Made by a program: the position numbers and the translations under genes | The notes under the pieces: model-generated | Seen by the model: only the letters and a program-made list of their open reading frames with translations | What the model was told of the DNA's origin: nothing | Database searches by the model: none | Assembly (NCBI GenBank): GCA_965199855.1 | Contig: OZ241326.1 | Span: 1,152,001-1,216,000 of the forward strand | Direction of reading: 5' to 3' | Length of the DNA stretch: 64,000 nt | DNA from: a bacterium | GTDB taxonomy: Bacteria; UBA8248 | In this document: piece by piece, positions 47,446-57,842 of the stretch | Numbering within the stretch: the stretch's first letter is position 1 | How the letters are laid out: each line of letters starts with the position of its first letter

Positions 47446-48829
47446 GGGCGTCCCCGAACGGGCGCGAGGCTCGCTTCGCGCCTGGTGGGAATCTTCCTCC
47501 GGCCGCTATCTCTCCGACAGCTTCGGGGAGGCGGGCGCAGAAATCGAAAAACACTTCACGGAAACGCTCTTTCCTCCCGGGGCGAGGCCCGCCCCGCCTG
47601 ATCGCGCGCTCCCGATCGCCTTCCTCCATCTGAGGCTGCTGGCCGGCGAGGAGCTGGGCTTCGCGCTCGGGCGTCTGGAGAGGCTGGCGGCGCGCTGGGG
47701 CGTTCAGGGAGCGAAGCCCTCCATCGGCGTCCCGTATCTGATGCTGGCGGCGCTCACCTCCAGGCCGGGGAAACTCTCGTCCATGGCGAGGGCGCAGTCC
47801 GCGTTCTTCAGCCTGCTGCTCCGCCGCCTGGCGAACATGCTCGACGAGGGCGCGGACGAGGGCGTCCTGCGCGAGGAGCTCTCGGAGGTCTGGGAGATCC
47901 GGAGCGAAGCGGCGGCGGACGCCGCTCTGGAGGGCGCGCGCGGCCTCTGGCGGCGTTCGGGGGATTCCCGCCTCGGGCTCGCGCCCCTGCCGGTGAACCT
48001 GGAGGCATGGCTCGGGGAGAACGGCCTGGCCGAAAGCGCCGCGGAGGCGAGGCGGACGTATCGGGACGCGAGCGAAACCCCCCATCTCTCCGAAATGCCG
48101 CGTCGGCTGGCGGCGATAGAGGCGCTGGGCGACGCCCTGGAGTCCGCGGAAGAGGCGGGCCGCAGGACGGTTTTGGGGGAGATGCGGACGGCGCTGCGGG
48201 AGAGCCTCGAGGGCGCCATGGAGGGCATGACGCCCTGGGAGTCGGAAATCCTGCGTCCCGCCCCGCCGCTGCTGCGCTCCCTGCTCTCCTGGGCGGACAG
48301 GCTCCGGCTGCTGGACGAGGGCGAGACGCCCACGGCGCATCCCGGCCGGGAGAGGCTGCCCGACTGGCTCGAAAATTTTCCGGGCGAGCGGGAGGGGGGG
48401 GCGGGCGTTCTCGCGGCGCGCCGGTTCATCGTGGGCGGGGAGACCTACATCGCGGCCGGCGTCAGTGCGTCGGCGCCCTCCGAAGCGCTCTCGGTCGCCC
48501 TGGCGCCGCCGACGATGGAAGCGGGCGCGCTGCGCCTGAACGTCCGCTTCGGGAGGGAGGCGGAAAAATCCTTCCCGTTCCGGCTGGAGAACGGACGAGA
48601 CCTTCTGGCGGCGCTCTATCTGGCGGCGCAGGACGACCTTCGGCTGGATTTCCTCGTTCGGGGGGCGGATGGAATCCGGCGCTTCGGCGCCTCCGCGTAT
48701 CCGGCGGTGCCGCAGGAGCACAGGGCGGCCTGGCTCGGGCGGCTGCTTTCCTTTCTGGAGGAAAAATTCGGAGGGGAGGAGGGCCGGATTCGCCTGGAGA
48801 TACTCAAGGGCGTGAAGGGCGAAGCATGA
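47438..48829 (+). CDS. hypothetical protein
   Basis: Long ORF continuing the operon; start uncertain (47393 or GTG 47438). Confidence 0.6.
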   Translation: MSEGVPERARGSLRAWWESSSGRYLSDSFGEAGAEIEKHFTETLFPPGARPAPPDRALPIAFLHLRLLAGEELGFALGRLERLAARWGVQGAKPSIGVPYLMLAALTSRPGKLSSMARAQSAFFSLLLRRLANMLDEGADEGVLREELSEVWEIRSEAAADAALEGARGLWRRSGDSRLGLAPLPVNLEAWLGENGLAESAAEARRTYRDASETPHLSEMPRRLAAIEALGDALESAEEAGRRTVLGEMRTALRESLEGAMEGMTPWESEILRPAPPLLRSLLSWADRLRLLDEGETPTAHPGRERLPDWLENFPGEREGGAGVLAARRFIVGGETYIAAGVSASAPSEALSVALAPPTMEAGALRLNVRFGREAEKSFPFRLENGRDLLAALYLAAQDDLRLDFLVRGADGIRRFGASAYPAVPQEHRAAWLGRLLSFLEEKFGGEEGRIRLEILKGVKGEA

Positions 48830-48856
48830 GACGGAGCGCGCGCCGGCGGGCGGTCT

Positions 48857-50134
48857 TTAAGCCCGCACCCGCCAGACGAGGGCCACGGCGATGAGCCGAC
48901 TGGCCGCCATGGCGGTGAACACCCAGAACCACCCGTTCGGGACGGCCAGGGAGAGCCACCCGAAGAACATGGCCTGGAGCGCGCCGTAGATGTAGCCGTG
49001 AGCGTCGAGGACGCCCGCCGCGGTTCCGGCCAGCCGCCTGCCGGCCAGGTCCACCCCCAGCGCCTGGACGGTGGACATGTTGACGCAGAATCCGCCCGTG
49101 ATGAGCAGAGCGACGGCGAGGGGAACGCTGTCGGCGGGCGCGTAGGCGATCCCCATCATCGCGGCGGCGCTCAGAAAGGCGGCGAGCATGATGACGATGG
49201 AGCGGTTGCTCCTGAAGAAGCGATCCGAAATGACGCCGCCGAATATGGGGCCGAACAGATACCCCAGGGGATAGGCGAAGGTGAGCAGGCCCATCTGCCG
49301 GAGGTCGAACCCGCCCGCCTGGGCGTAATACAGGGGCGCCCAGGAGACGACGCCGTAGCGCACCACGTTGTCCAGCCCCTTCACGTGGCAGGCCAGGAAG
49401 AAGCGCAGGTTGGTCATCAGGTGAACGTAGGCTTTCAGGCCGCGCTCGCTCCCGCTGCCCGCCGCCTCGGCTTCGCGCGATACGTCGTCCGCCTCCCTGT
49501 ATTCCGGAAGGCTCAGATCCGCGGGCCTGTCCCTGGTGATGAGGTAGAAGACGATTCCCATGGCGGCGATGATCAGGGGGGGGTAGCGAATCGCGGCCCG
49601 CCAGCCGTATTGCGCCGCCGTCCAGGGCACGATCGCCCAGACGATGAGGAGCGCGATTCCGGCGGAGGTTCCGACGAGGCCGATCGCCTGCCCCCGCTCG
49701 CGCCTGGGCCACCATTGCGCCACGAGGCCCAGCCCCGGCCCCCACGTCGCCGCGTTCACGAAGCCGACCATCGCCCAGGGGACGGCGAGGGAGGCGATGG
49801 AGCTCCCGAAGCTGGCGAGGAAGTTGAACAGGGAGGTGGAGACGGCGGCGAAGAGGATGGTGTTTCTGTAGCCGACCTTCTCCGCGATGCGCCCGAAAAC
49901 CAGGTCGCCGAAGGCGAAGCCCCAGAACATCCACGAGTTGATCCATCCGGTGTCGAGGCGCGTCATGCCGAGGTCCTGGATGACGGCGTATTGCACCAGG
50001 CTGAAGTTGAACCTGCCCAGATAGTTGAAGGCGTAGAAGACGCAAAAGGCGATGAGGACGCGCCATTTCCACCGGTGGAACGCGGGCGGCAGGTCGTGAT
50101 AATCGACCTGGGCGGGGTTTCCCCGAGAAGTCAT
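48857..50134 (-). CDS. MFS transporter, organophosphate:Pi antiporter (GlpT/UhpC-like)
   Basis: YLGRFNFS, QWWPRRERG, AGTAAG, about 12 TM segments. Confidence 0.85.
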   Translation of the reverse strand: MTSRGNPAQVDYHDLPPAFHRWKWRVLIAFCVFYAFNYLGRFNFSLVQYAVIQDLGMTRLDTGWINSWMFWGFAFGDLVFGRIAEKVGYRNTILFAAVSTSLFNFLASFGSSIASLAVPWAMVGFVNAATWGPGLGLVAQWWPRRERGQAIGLVGTSAGIALLIVWAIVPWTAAQYGWRAAIRYPPLIIAAMGIVFYLITRDRPADLSLPEYREADDVSREAEAAGSGSERGLKAYVHLMTNLRFFLACHVKGLDNVVRYGVVSWAPLYYAQAGGFDLRQMGLLTFAYPLGYLFGPIFGGVISDRFFRSNRSIVIMLAAFLSAAAMMGIAYAPADSVPLAVALLITGGFCVNMSTVQALGVDLAGRRLAGTAAGVLDAHGYIYGALQAMFFGWLSLAVPNGWFWVFTAMAASRLIAVALVWRVRA

Positions 50135-50277
50135 GCCCGATGCGCCGCTTCAGCCGACGGGCGCCGCCGGCCGGGGGGCGGAGTCGCCCCGGCCTGCTTC
50201 GGGCGTTTCGGGATTGTCGGGAAGGCTCGCGCACTTCCGCCCGCGGCGTCGGCTGAAGGGGCGGCTTTCGCGTCCGC

Positions 50278-51540
50278 TCATCGGTTCCATTCCAGCAGAT
50301 GGTGGTTCTTCTTTCCCTTTCGGAGCAGGACGTAGCGGCCGAACAGGAGGTCGTCAGCGGTCAGGACGCTTTGCTCACCGGCGACCTGATTGTTCGCGGA
50401 AATGCCGCCGCCTCGCAGGTCGTTTCGCGCCATGGACTTCGACCTGGAGAGACCGGTCGCCACGAGCGCCTCCACGAGCGGATAGGGCAGCCGCTCCGAC
50501 GTCCGGGTCGCCGGCATTTCCGCCGCCGCCGCGAGCAGGTCGCTTTCCTCGATGCCGTCCAGCCCGGCGCCGAAGAGAATCCCGGCGGCGCGCTCCGCGC
50601 TCCGCGCCGCGCTTTCGCCGTGGACGAGCGTCGTCAGCTCCCTTGCGAGGCGCCGCTGCCCTTCCCGCTTCTCCGGGGAGGCGAGGTGATCCTTCTCTAT
50701 CGCCTCAATCTCCTCGAGCGGCAGAAAGGTGAAGTATCTCAGAAATCGGCCGACGTCCCGGTCGTCCGTCTGAATCCAGTATTGCGAGAACCGGTAGGGG
50801 CTGGTTCGCTTCGGGTCGAGCCAGACGCTTCCTTCCTGCGTTTTGCCGAATTTTCTGCCGTCGGAAGCCGTGATGAGCGGAAAGGTCAGCCCATGGGCGG
50901 GCTTTCCGTGAACCCGCCGGATCAGCTCGATGCCCGCCGTGATGTTGCCCCACTGGTCGGAGCCGCCGATTTGCAGGGCGCAGCTCTCCTTCTCGAACAG
51001 GTGGAGAAAGTCGTATGCCTGAAGCGCCATGTAGCTGAACTCGGTGTAGGAGATGCCCGCGCCGGCGACGCGGGACTTCACGGATTCCTTCGCCATCATG
51101 TAGCCGATGGAGAAGTGCTTGCCCACGTCGCGGAAGAAGTCGATGAGGCGAATCCCGTTCAGCCATTCCGCGTTGTTCGCCATGAGCGCGGCGTTCGACC
51201 CCCCCCGGAAATCCAGGAACCGCCCGAGCTGGCGCCTGATTCCCGCGAGGTTGCGCTCCAGCGCCTCCGCGCCCAGCAGGCTCCTTTCTTCGGATTTGCC
51301 CGAGGGGTCGCCTATCATTCCCGTCCCGCCGCCGACGAGGGCGATGGGCCGGTGCCCCGCGCGCTGGAAGCGCATGAGTCCCGTTATCGGAATCAGGCTT
51401 CCGACGTGCAGGCTGTCGGACGTGGGGTCGAAGCCGCAATAGACGCTCGCGCCTCCCTTCCCGAGGGCGCGCGAGATTTCGGCCCGATCCGTGTGGTCGT
51501 GGACGAGGCCCCGGGCTTTCAGTTCATCGAACAGGTTCAC
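50278..51540 (-). CDS. tyrS: tyrosine--tRNA ligase
   Basis: YCGFDPTSDSLHVG, QIGGSDQWGNI, KFGKT, S4-like tail LRKGKK. Confidence 0.97.
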   Translation of the reverse strand: MNLFDELKARGLVHDHTDRAEISRALGKGGASVYCGFDPTSDSLHVGSLIPITGLMRFQRAGHRPIALVGGGTGMIGDPSGKSEERSLLGAEALERNLAGIRRQLGRFLDFRGGSNAALMANNAEWLNGIRLIDFFRDVGKHFSIGYMMAKESVKSRVAGAGISYTEFSYMALQAYDFLHLFEKESCALQIGGSDQWGNITAGIELIRRVHGKPAHGLTFPLITASDGRKFGKTQEGSVWLDPKRTSPYRFSQYWIQTDDRDVGRFLRYFTFLPLEEIEAIEKDHLASPEKREGQRRLARELTTLVHGESAARSAERAAGILFGAGLDGIEESDLLAAAAEMPATRTSERLPYPLVEALVATGLSRSKSMARNDLRGGGISANNQVAGEQSVLTADDLLFGRYVLLRKGKKNHHLLEWNR

Positions 51541-51698
51541 GGACGCTCTCCGCGGCGCTTCCCTTGCGGCGCGAGACGGCCGGGGGATGATTCCCCGCGG
51601 GCGAATGCCGCCTCGCGGCCGATATTGTATCGTATCCGTCCATATCAGGGCAGGGGGGGGCGCCGAAAGCGGGCTCCCCCGTTTTCGGGAAAGGCGGG

Positions 51699-52445
51699 AT
51701 GGGGATTCGCTTCGATTTCCGGGGGAGGAAGGTGATTCTGACCGGGGCCGCTGGGGACGCGGGCCGCGCCCTCGTCCGCGCGTTTCTGAACGCCGGGGCG
51801 CGGATCGCCGCCACGGGCCGCAGCCCGGAAAAACTGCGCCTCCTCGAAGGCCCCGCGGAGAGGATGAAGAGAATCCCCTGCGATCTGGAGAATCCCGACG
51901 CGGCGAGAGCCATGACGGGAGAGGCGATCGCCTGGCTGGGCGGATGCGACGTTTTCGTTCACGCGGCGGCGGACATGCTGGTGAAGGACCCTCTCGCGCT
52001 CGATGCGTCCGACTGGCGGCGCGCGCTTCGCGTGAACCTGCTGGCGCCTTATTTCTGCATCCGGGAGGCGGCGCCGGCCCTGAAGCGTTCCGCGGCGGGG
52101 CGAATCATCCTGTATGGCTCGGGCGCCGGAAAATCGGGAGGGCTGGGGCGCAACCTCGCCTACGGGGCGGCGAAGGGCGGCGTTCTCGCCATGACCTTCA
52201 GCCTCGCCCGCGAACTGGCGAGGACGAGGGTGACGGTCAACTGCCTGGTTCCCGGCCCGATGGAGGGTCGCCTGATGCGGGAGTTCGGCCCGGAGCTGTA
52301 TGCGAAGGCGCTGGCGAAGCACCCGATGGGGAGGTTCGCCAGCGCCCGTGAACTGGCGCAGGCCGCCCTGTTTCTGGCGAGCGAGGAGGCCGCGCACATC
52401 ACGGGAGAGGCGCTCGACGTGAACGGCGGGTATTTTACCGACTAG
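51699..52445 (+). CDS. SDR family oxidoreductase
   Basis: TGAAGDAG, YGAAK, VNCLVPG, DVNGG. Confidence 0.88.
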   Translation: MGIRFDFRGRKVILTGAAGDAGRALVRAFLNAGARIAATGRSPEKLRLLEGPAERMKRIPCDLENPDAARAMTGEAIAWLGGCDVFVHAAADMLVKDPLALDASDWRRALRVNLLAPYFCIREAAPALKRSAAGRIILYGSGAGKSGGLGRNLAYGAAKGGVLAMTFSLARELARTRVTVNCLVPGPMEGRLMREFGPELYAKALAKHPMGRFASARELAQAALFLASEEAAHITGEALDVNGGYFTD

Positions 52446-52549
52446 GGAGCGCCCGCCCGCCGGAGGCGGGGAGCGCGGGGCCGCGCGATTCGTGATACGC
52501 TTCGCGGGTCGTTCCGACGGGAAGCCGTCCCGAGGAAGGAGTTGCGCCG

Positions 52550-52885
52550 ATGAACGTCCCGGAACTCGCGGCCCGATTTCCCGAAATACCCGAGGATTTG
52601 CGCGGCGAGGAGGCGCTGGCGCGCTTCGCCGCGGCTTTCGACGGGCCTCTCTCCATCGCCCGAAAGCCCTCCGCGTGCTCCGTGGAGTATGACGCCGGAA
52701 ACCACTACTACATGAAGCTCGTCAATCCGATGGGCATCTATCGCCTGGGGTTGATGAAGCGCGAGGCGCTGCTCTCGCAAATCGCCGACCTGGCGGAGAA
52801 GCAGGAGGCGGACGCGAACTTCGCCGAAACGCTCATCCCCGCCGACGCCGCGGCGCGAGAAGCGAGAGGCCCCGGCTGCGGATAG
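52550..52885 (+). CDS. hypothetical protein
   Basis: AAGGAG RBS, natural composition. Confidence 0.65.
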   Translation: MNVPELAARFPEIPEDLRGEEALARFAAAFDGPLSIARKPSACSVEYDAGNHYYMKLVNPMGIYRLGLMKREALLSQIADLAEKQEADANFAETLIPADAAAREARGPGCG

Positions 52886-52976
52886 GCGCCTCGCGCGGGA
52901 AATCCCCTCGCCCTTTGGGAGGCGGGGAAGGTTTTCCCGGGCGGCCGGCACCGCTTCCCGATGCGGATTCGCTTTT

Positions 52977-53900
52977 ATGAAGAATGCTCTCCGGGTGGTT
53001 CTCCTCGGCGCGTTCGCCCGAAAATTCCTCGCCGCGCCGGGCGAGGCGAGGGTGATCGCCTCGTTTCGCAGATGCCTGTATCTGGAGAACGCGCGCGGGC
53101 GCGTCGCGTGCGCGGGAGAGGCGTCCATCGGGCCGGGGCCCCTGAACGCGCTTTGCGAACGCGCGGGCGATGCGGATTTCAGGGAAACGGCGCCGGGGAG
53201 CCGCGCGATCATCGGGGACGGCCTCATCCGGCTGGAGACGGGCGCGGATATCGACGCCTCCCGGGCCGAGGCGTGGCGCCCCCCGCCCCTGCCCGGGGGC
53301 TGGAGCCCCGCGCGCCTGGGGCGCAGTCTCGCGCTTCTCGCCGAATGGACGGGAGAGGGCGGCCGCCGCGAGGGTCTGGCCCCGCTCGTTCCGCGCATCG
53401 CGGGCGGCGCGGAGGCTTCGGGCGGGGGCGCTTTGGCTGAAATGGCCCGCAGGGGCGTAGATGAACTGGGAGCCTGGCTGTCGGACGCCCTGAGCGGGGA
53501 GCGGACGCCCGCGTATTCCCTCGCCGGGGGTTCGCTCATCGGCCTGGGCCCCGGCCTCACGCCCTCCGGGGATGACTTCTGGTGCGGCGCGATGCTCGCG
53601 CTTCGCGCTCTGGGGCGTCTCGACGTTCTGGCGAAAATTTCGGCTCCCCTTCTGGGCGCGGCGAAGGCGCGGACGAACGCGATCAGCCGCGCGCATCTGG
53701 CCTGCGCGGCCGCGGGGCAGGGGGCGGAGGCGCTGCGCGAGGCGATTTCGGCGATGGGGATGGCGGACGCGGCGCGTCTGCGCTCCGCCCTGCGCGCCCT
53801 GGAGGACGTAGGGAGCTCGTCGGGCCTGGACGCCCTGGCCGGCGCGGCCTGCGTTTTCGCGAGAGCGGCGGCGCGGGAGGCGCGCCCTGTCCGCGCGTGA
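52977..53900 (+). CDS. DUF2877 (YahE/YlbF-like) protein
   Basis: LIGLGPGLTPSGDDF, RTNAIS, VGSSSGLD. Confidence 0.8.
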   Translation: MKNALRVVLLGAFARKFLAAPGEARVIASFRRCLYLENARGRVACAGEASIGPGPLNALCERAGDADFRETAPGSRAIIGDGLIRLETGADIDASRAEAWRPPPLPGGWSPARLGRSLALLAEWTGEGGRREGLAPLVPRIAGGAEASGGGALAEMARRGVDELGAWLSDALSGERTPAYSLAGGSLIGLGPGLTPSGDDFWCGAMLALRALGRLDVLAKISAPLLGAAKARTNAISRAHLACAAAGQGAEALREAISAMGMADAARLRSALRALEDVGSSSGLDALAGAACVFARAAAREARPVRA

Positions 53901-53919
53901 ATTTCCGGGAGGACGGCGA

Positions 53920-54798
53920 ATGAGCAGGGTGGCGGTGGTGGGCGTCGGCGCCATCGGCGGCGTCTTCGGAGTCCGGCTGTGCCGCTCGGCGGCGCACGAG
54001 GTGACGCTCTGCGCGCGCGAGCCCATCGAGAGGCTCGTCGTGGAGACGCCGGCGGGCGTCCTCGAGGCGGACGTCAGGTGCGCGACCGACCCCGGCGAGG
54101 TGGATCCCGTCGACTGCGTCCTGCTGGCGGTGAAGGCGCACCAGACGAAGGACGCGGCGCCCTGGCTCGCGGCGCTCGTCGGGGCCGATACCGTCGTCGC
54201 CGTCCTGCAGAACGGCGTGGAGCACAGGGAGCGCGCGGCGCCCTGGGCGCGCGGGGCGGAGATCGCGCCGGTCGTGGTGAACTGCCCGGCGGACAGGCTC
54301 GCGCCCGGGCGGGTGGCGCAGCAGGCGGGGGCGCAGCTCGTTCCCGAGGAGGGGCGGGGCGGGCGGCTCCTGGCCTCTCTCTTCGAGGGGACGGACGTGC
54401 CCGTCCTGCCGACTTCCGACTTCACGACCGCCGCCTGGGGAAAGCTGTGCCTCAACGTAGGGGCGGGCCCCGCCACCGCGCTCGCGGACAGGGGCCGGGG
54501 CGTCCTGCGCGCGCCGGAGGTGGCGGAGCTTTGCCGCGTCCTCGTGAGCGAATGCGCCGCGGTGGGCCGGGCGGAGGGGGCGCGGCTGGCGGAGGACGTC
54601 GCCGAGCGCGCCATCGAGCGCCTTCAGGACGCCGAGCCGGACGCGACTACCTCCATGCTCGCCGACAGGAGGGCGGGCCGCCCGCTCGAGGCGGACGCCA
54701 TGACGGGCGCGGTCGTCCGCATCGGCGCGAGGCGCGGCGTCCCCACGCCCGTGACCCGCGCGATTCACGCCCTGCTTCGCGCCCTCAACGCGGGGTGA
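53920..54798 (+). CDS. panE: 2-dehydropantoate 2-reductase
   Basis: GVGAIG, LAVK, LQNG, WGKLCLN, TSMLAD...LE. Confidence 0.88.
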   Translation: MSRVAVVGVGAIGGVFGVRLCRSAAHEVTLCAREPIERLVVETPAGVLEADVRCATDPGEVDPVDCVLLAVKAHQTKDAAPWLAALVGADTVVAVLQNGVEHRERAAPWARGAEIAPVVVNCPADRLAPGRVAQQAGAQLVPEEGRGGRLLASLFEGTDVPVLPTSDFTTAAWGKLCLNVGAGPATALADRGRGVLRAPEVAELCRVLVSECAAVGRAEGARLAEDVAERAIERLQDAEPDATTSMLADRRAGRPLEADAMTGAVVRIGARRGVPTPVTRAIHALLRALNAG

Positions 54799-54872
54799 GC
54801 CCGCGTCCGCCGAGCGGGGTTTGCGAGAGGCGCGAATGCGCGATCGAACCCGGCGGGGAGGATTTTGTTTTT

Positions 54873-55400
54873 CGCAGGGGCGGTTCCCGAACCGCCCCTA
54901 CGGAATTATCGCGCCTCGCCGGCGCGCGAACCCGGCGCGGGGACAACCCCCTGCGGTTGTCCTTTGTCAAAAAACAAAATCCTGGATTGCGGCCTTCGCC
55001 GCAGTGCCGGCTATAAGGCCCCCGGATTTCGCAATTCCTCATCTTCGTCGGGATTGACGCCGGGAATGACGGCGAAAGGCCAACCTCTCATCTGATTGAA
55101 GATGCCGCTCGAACGGCGGCGAGGATTTCCCCTCCGACGGGCGCCGCCTCAAAGCCCGTCATTCCGGCGAAGGCCGGAATCCAGAACGGGGGCGGGCGGC
55201 GGGGATCCGCAGGGGCGGCCCCCTGTGGCCGCCCGTTTTCAAGAGGCATTCTCGCCGGGGGCGGCGGGTCGTTCCCGAACCGCCCTTACGGGATGGTCGC
55301 GCGTCGGCGGGAAGTGAACCCGGCGCGGGGACAACCCCCTGCGGTTGTCCCCGCAATCCGGCCCGCGTCATCGCCGACCCGCAATGGGGCGCGCCGCTTC
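54873..55400. repeat. REP mosaic cluster
   Basis: GCAGGGGCGGTTCCCGAACCGCCCCTAC, GGGACAACCCCCTGCGGTTGTCC (x2), CGTCATTCCGGCGAAGGCCGGAATCC. Confidence 0.8.
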
Positions 55401-55431
55401 TTTCAGGCGATGGGTCTCTCGCCCGGGCTCG

Positions 55432-56025
55432 TCATCGGTCGCACCCGTTATGGCGGCGCCACATATTCGCGTCGTAACCTTCGGGGACGGCGGCGCAGGG
55501 GTCGGCGTCGGCGTAGCCCCGGAGCGTGTTGTAGGCTCGTATCTGCCTCTCGGAGAGAATTTTCAGGGTTTCGAGGTGCGCGGACAGATGGACGTAGCGC
55601 AATGCGCTTCTCGCCTTGGCGATGTCGTCCAGAGACGCGCGCAACAGCGCGTCGGTGATGGTTCGACTGCGAAAGCCGCTCTCGAGGCGCCGCTCCAGCT
55701 CGATAAGCCGTTCGCCCCGGAGAACGGCCCGGCTCTTCATTCGCCGATATATCGCCTTGACGGCCGAGCGCTGGGGCTCGTCCAGGCCGACTTCCTCCTT
55801 CATCGCGAGCAGATGCAGGGGTCCCGGCGCGCCGTTCAGCTCCGCCGTCTTCGCCAGCCCCCAGCCGCCTCCGCGCCGCAATTCGTCGATGTCGTCCGCC
55901 GAGAGGCTCTTGATCGCTCGGCTCTGCTGGCCGGCGTATGGGGAGCGGTGGGGCGACGCGCCCTCGCTCGCCCGGGCCGTGAGTCCGGACAGCAGCAGGG
56001 CGAGGATCAGCAAGGCTCTCGTCAT
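55432..56025 (-). CDS. periplasmic Spy/CpxP-like protein
   Basis: Signal peptide, SPYAGQQSRAIKSLS, AELNGAPGPLHLL, LSERQ. Confidence 0.7.
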   Translation of the reverse strand: MTRALLILALLLSGLTARASEGASPHRSPYAGQQSRAIKSLSADDIDELRRGGGWGLAKTAELNGAPGPLHLLAMKEEVGLDEPQRSAVKAIYRRMKSRAVLRGERLIELERRLESGFRSRTITDALLRASLDDIAKARSALRYVHLSAHLETLKILSERQIRAYNTLRGYADADPCAAVPEGYDANMWRRHNGCDR

Positions 56026-56194
56026 GGCGAATCTCTCCTTGATCTTGGAGGAGGGACAATCCGCTCGCGCCCGCGGGTTCCGGCTTCCGCCGGAACGGCG
56101 CGCGCGAAATTCACATCGCAGGTTTGAAGCCTGCTCGCGCTCCGAGAAGGCAAAGGGGCTCGCCCGCGCGGCGGGAGTCGGACCAAGGCTTTTC

Positions 56195-56845
56195 TCACTC
56201 CCATTTTCTTCGCATCATCTTCACGAGCTCGGCGCCCGATTCGCCCGCCTCGAACCTGCGGGTGAACTCCTCCTCGACCTCCATGACGATTCGCGTTCGC
56301 TCGCGGACGGCTTCGGCCTTCTCCTTCGGAACGACGGCCACGCCGTCCGCGTCGGCGACCACGATGTCCCCCGGCGCGACGCGCGCGCCGCCGCACCGGA
56401 CGGCGACGCCGCGCTCGGCGAGAACGAGGCGCTTCGAGTAGGGCAGGGGCCTGACGCCGCCGCACCACACGGGCAGCCCGAGCGCGCGGATTTCCAGGGC
56501 GTCGCGCGCCTTCGCGTCCGTGACGACGCCCGCCGCCCCGCGCCGATGGATGACGCGCGCCCCGTTCGCCCCGAGGACGGCCATTTCGCTCCCCTGGGCG
56601 GCCAGCACGACGAACCTGCCCGGAGGCGTCTCCTCGTGCGCTCCGTAGAGGCTCACGCGGGAGGAGTCCGCCTCGCCGCGCGCGGGGGCGAAGAGCATGG
56701 TGGCCGCCGGCGCCGCGACCCGACCCTCCGGGAAGGGCGCGAGGGGGGCTACGTCCCGCATGATCAGGTCGAGGCCCAAATGGACGGCCGCGTCCGCGAT
56801 GGCGGTCGTCGGCGCGCGCGAGAAGAAGGACAACTCGTCTTCCAT
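56195..56845 (-). CDS. RraA / HMG-CHA aldolase family protein
   Basis: TAIADA, GVVTDAKARD, PGDIVVADADGVAVVP. Confidence 0.85.
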   Translation of the reverse strand: MEDELSFFSRAPTTAIADAAVHLGLDLIMRDVAPLAPFPEGRVAAPAATMLFAPARGEADSSRVSLYGAHEETPPGRFVVLAAQGSEMAVLGANGARVIHRRGAAGVVTDAKARDALEIRALGLPVWCGGVRPLPYSKRLVLAERGVAVRCGGARVAPGDIVVADADGVAVVPKEKAEAVRERTRIVMEVEEEFTRRFEAGESGAELVKMMRRKWE

Positions 56846-56974
56846 CGTCTTCTCCGTCGAACGGGTGCCGGGGCGGACGCCTCCGTGGAAAGCGCGGATT
56901 TTCTTGCCCTGTGTCCTTCCTTGTCAACGAGAAAAACCGACCCCGGAACCGGGGGTCGCCATTCATCGGTTTCT

Positions 56975-57122
56975 GAAGGGGACGACCACGGGGGTTGTCC
57001 CTGCAATCCGCCCCGCGTCATCGCCAACCCGCAAACGGGGCGCAAGAATGCGCCCCCTGCGGGCGAGGCGGCAACGGTTTCGTAGGGGACGCATTCATGG
57101 CCCCGCGTTTTCCCGTCAATGG
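56975..57122. repeat. REP-like hairpins
   Basis: GGGACGACCACGGGGGTTGTCCCTGC, GGGGCGCAAGAATGCGCCCCTGC, GTAGGGGACGCATTCATG. Confidence 0.7.
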
Positions 57123-57174
57123 AACGCGGGCGGTTCGGAAATTGCCCGCCGGCGCCTTCCTGCCCCCGCGGTCG

Positions 57175-57759
57175 TCAGGGCTTCCAGGCTTCGGGCGGAT
57201 CAGCGGCGTCGCGGGCGTGGCCGTCCCGCGCGAGGCGATCCCGGAACCAGGCCTCGTTCACCCGGTTCGTCCAGGGGTCCATGACGGCGAGGTCGCAGAA
57301 AATCTCGATGCAGTTGCCGGACGGATCCGCCACGTAGAGGGCGTTGTTCTCCCCCCAGAAGCCGTCGCCCTCGGGATGGGTGGGGCTGTGGATGGAGGGT
57401 CCCCAGAAGATTTCGACTCCCTCCGCCTCGAACCAGGCGGCCCACGCTTCGAGCCGCGTCCTGTCCTCCACCTGGAGCGCGACGTGGTGCAGGCCCGTTC
57501 GCAGGGTGTCGAAGGAGCGGCCCTCGGGCGGGGGCGGGCCCTCCCCTTCCGGCCAGAAGACGAGGTTCAGGTCGTGGTGCAGCTCCGTGCAGCGCATGAA
57601 GCACAGGCCGAAGGGGAAGTCCCCCACCGTGCCCGGCGGGTAGATTTCCGAGATGGTGAAGCCCAGCTTGTTCACGTAAAAATCCTTCGCCGCCTCGATG
57701 TCGTGGACTTTCAGGGCGGCGTGCTGGAGCCGCATGGCGCCTTCGGGTGGCTTCGGCAT
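57175..57759 (-). CDS. VOC protein resembling an extradiol dioxygenase catalytic domain
   Basis: LQHAALKV, HHDL, LHHVALQV, GPSIH, LYVADPSGNCIE. Confidence 0.82.
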   Translation of the reverse strand: MPKPPEGAMRLQHAALKVHDIEAAKDFYVNKLGFTISEIYPPGTVGDFPFGLCFMRCTELHHDLNLVFWPEGEGPPPPEGRSFDTLRTGLHHVALQVEDRTRLEAWAAWFEAEGVEIFWGPSIHSPTHPEGDGFWGENNALYVADPSGNCIEIFCDLAVMDPWTNRVNEAWFRDRLARDGHARDAADPPEAWKP

Positions 57760-57842
57760 GGGAGTTCTCCTTCCGTGCTGTGGAATTTTCGCTGAAATCC
57801 GGCGAATCGCCCGCGGCTTCTCGCCTTCGCGCGCCTGAAATT

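Noticed and set aside
51541-51698. T-box leader for tyrS
   Set aside because: The gap is short and divergent, with no T-box consensus or terminator
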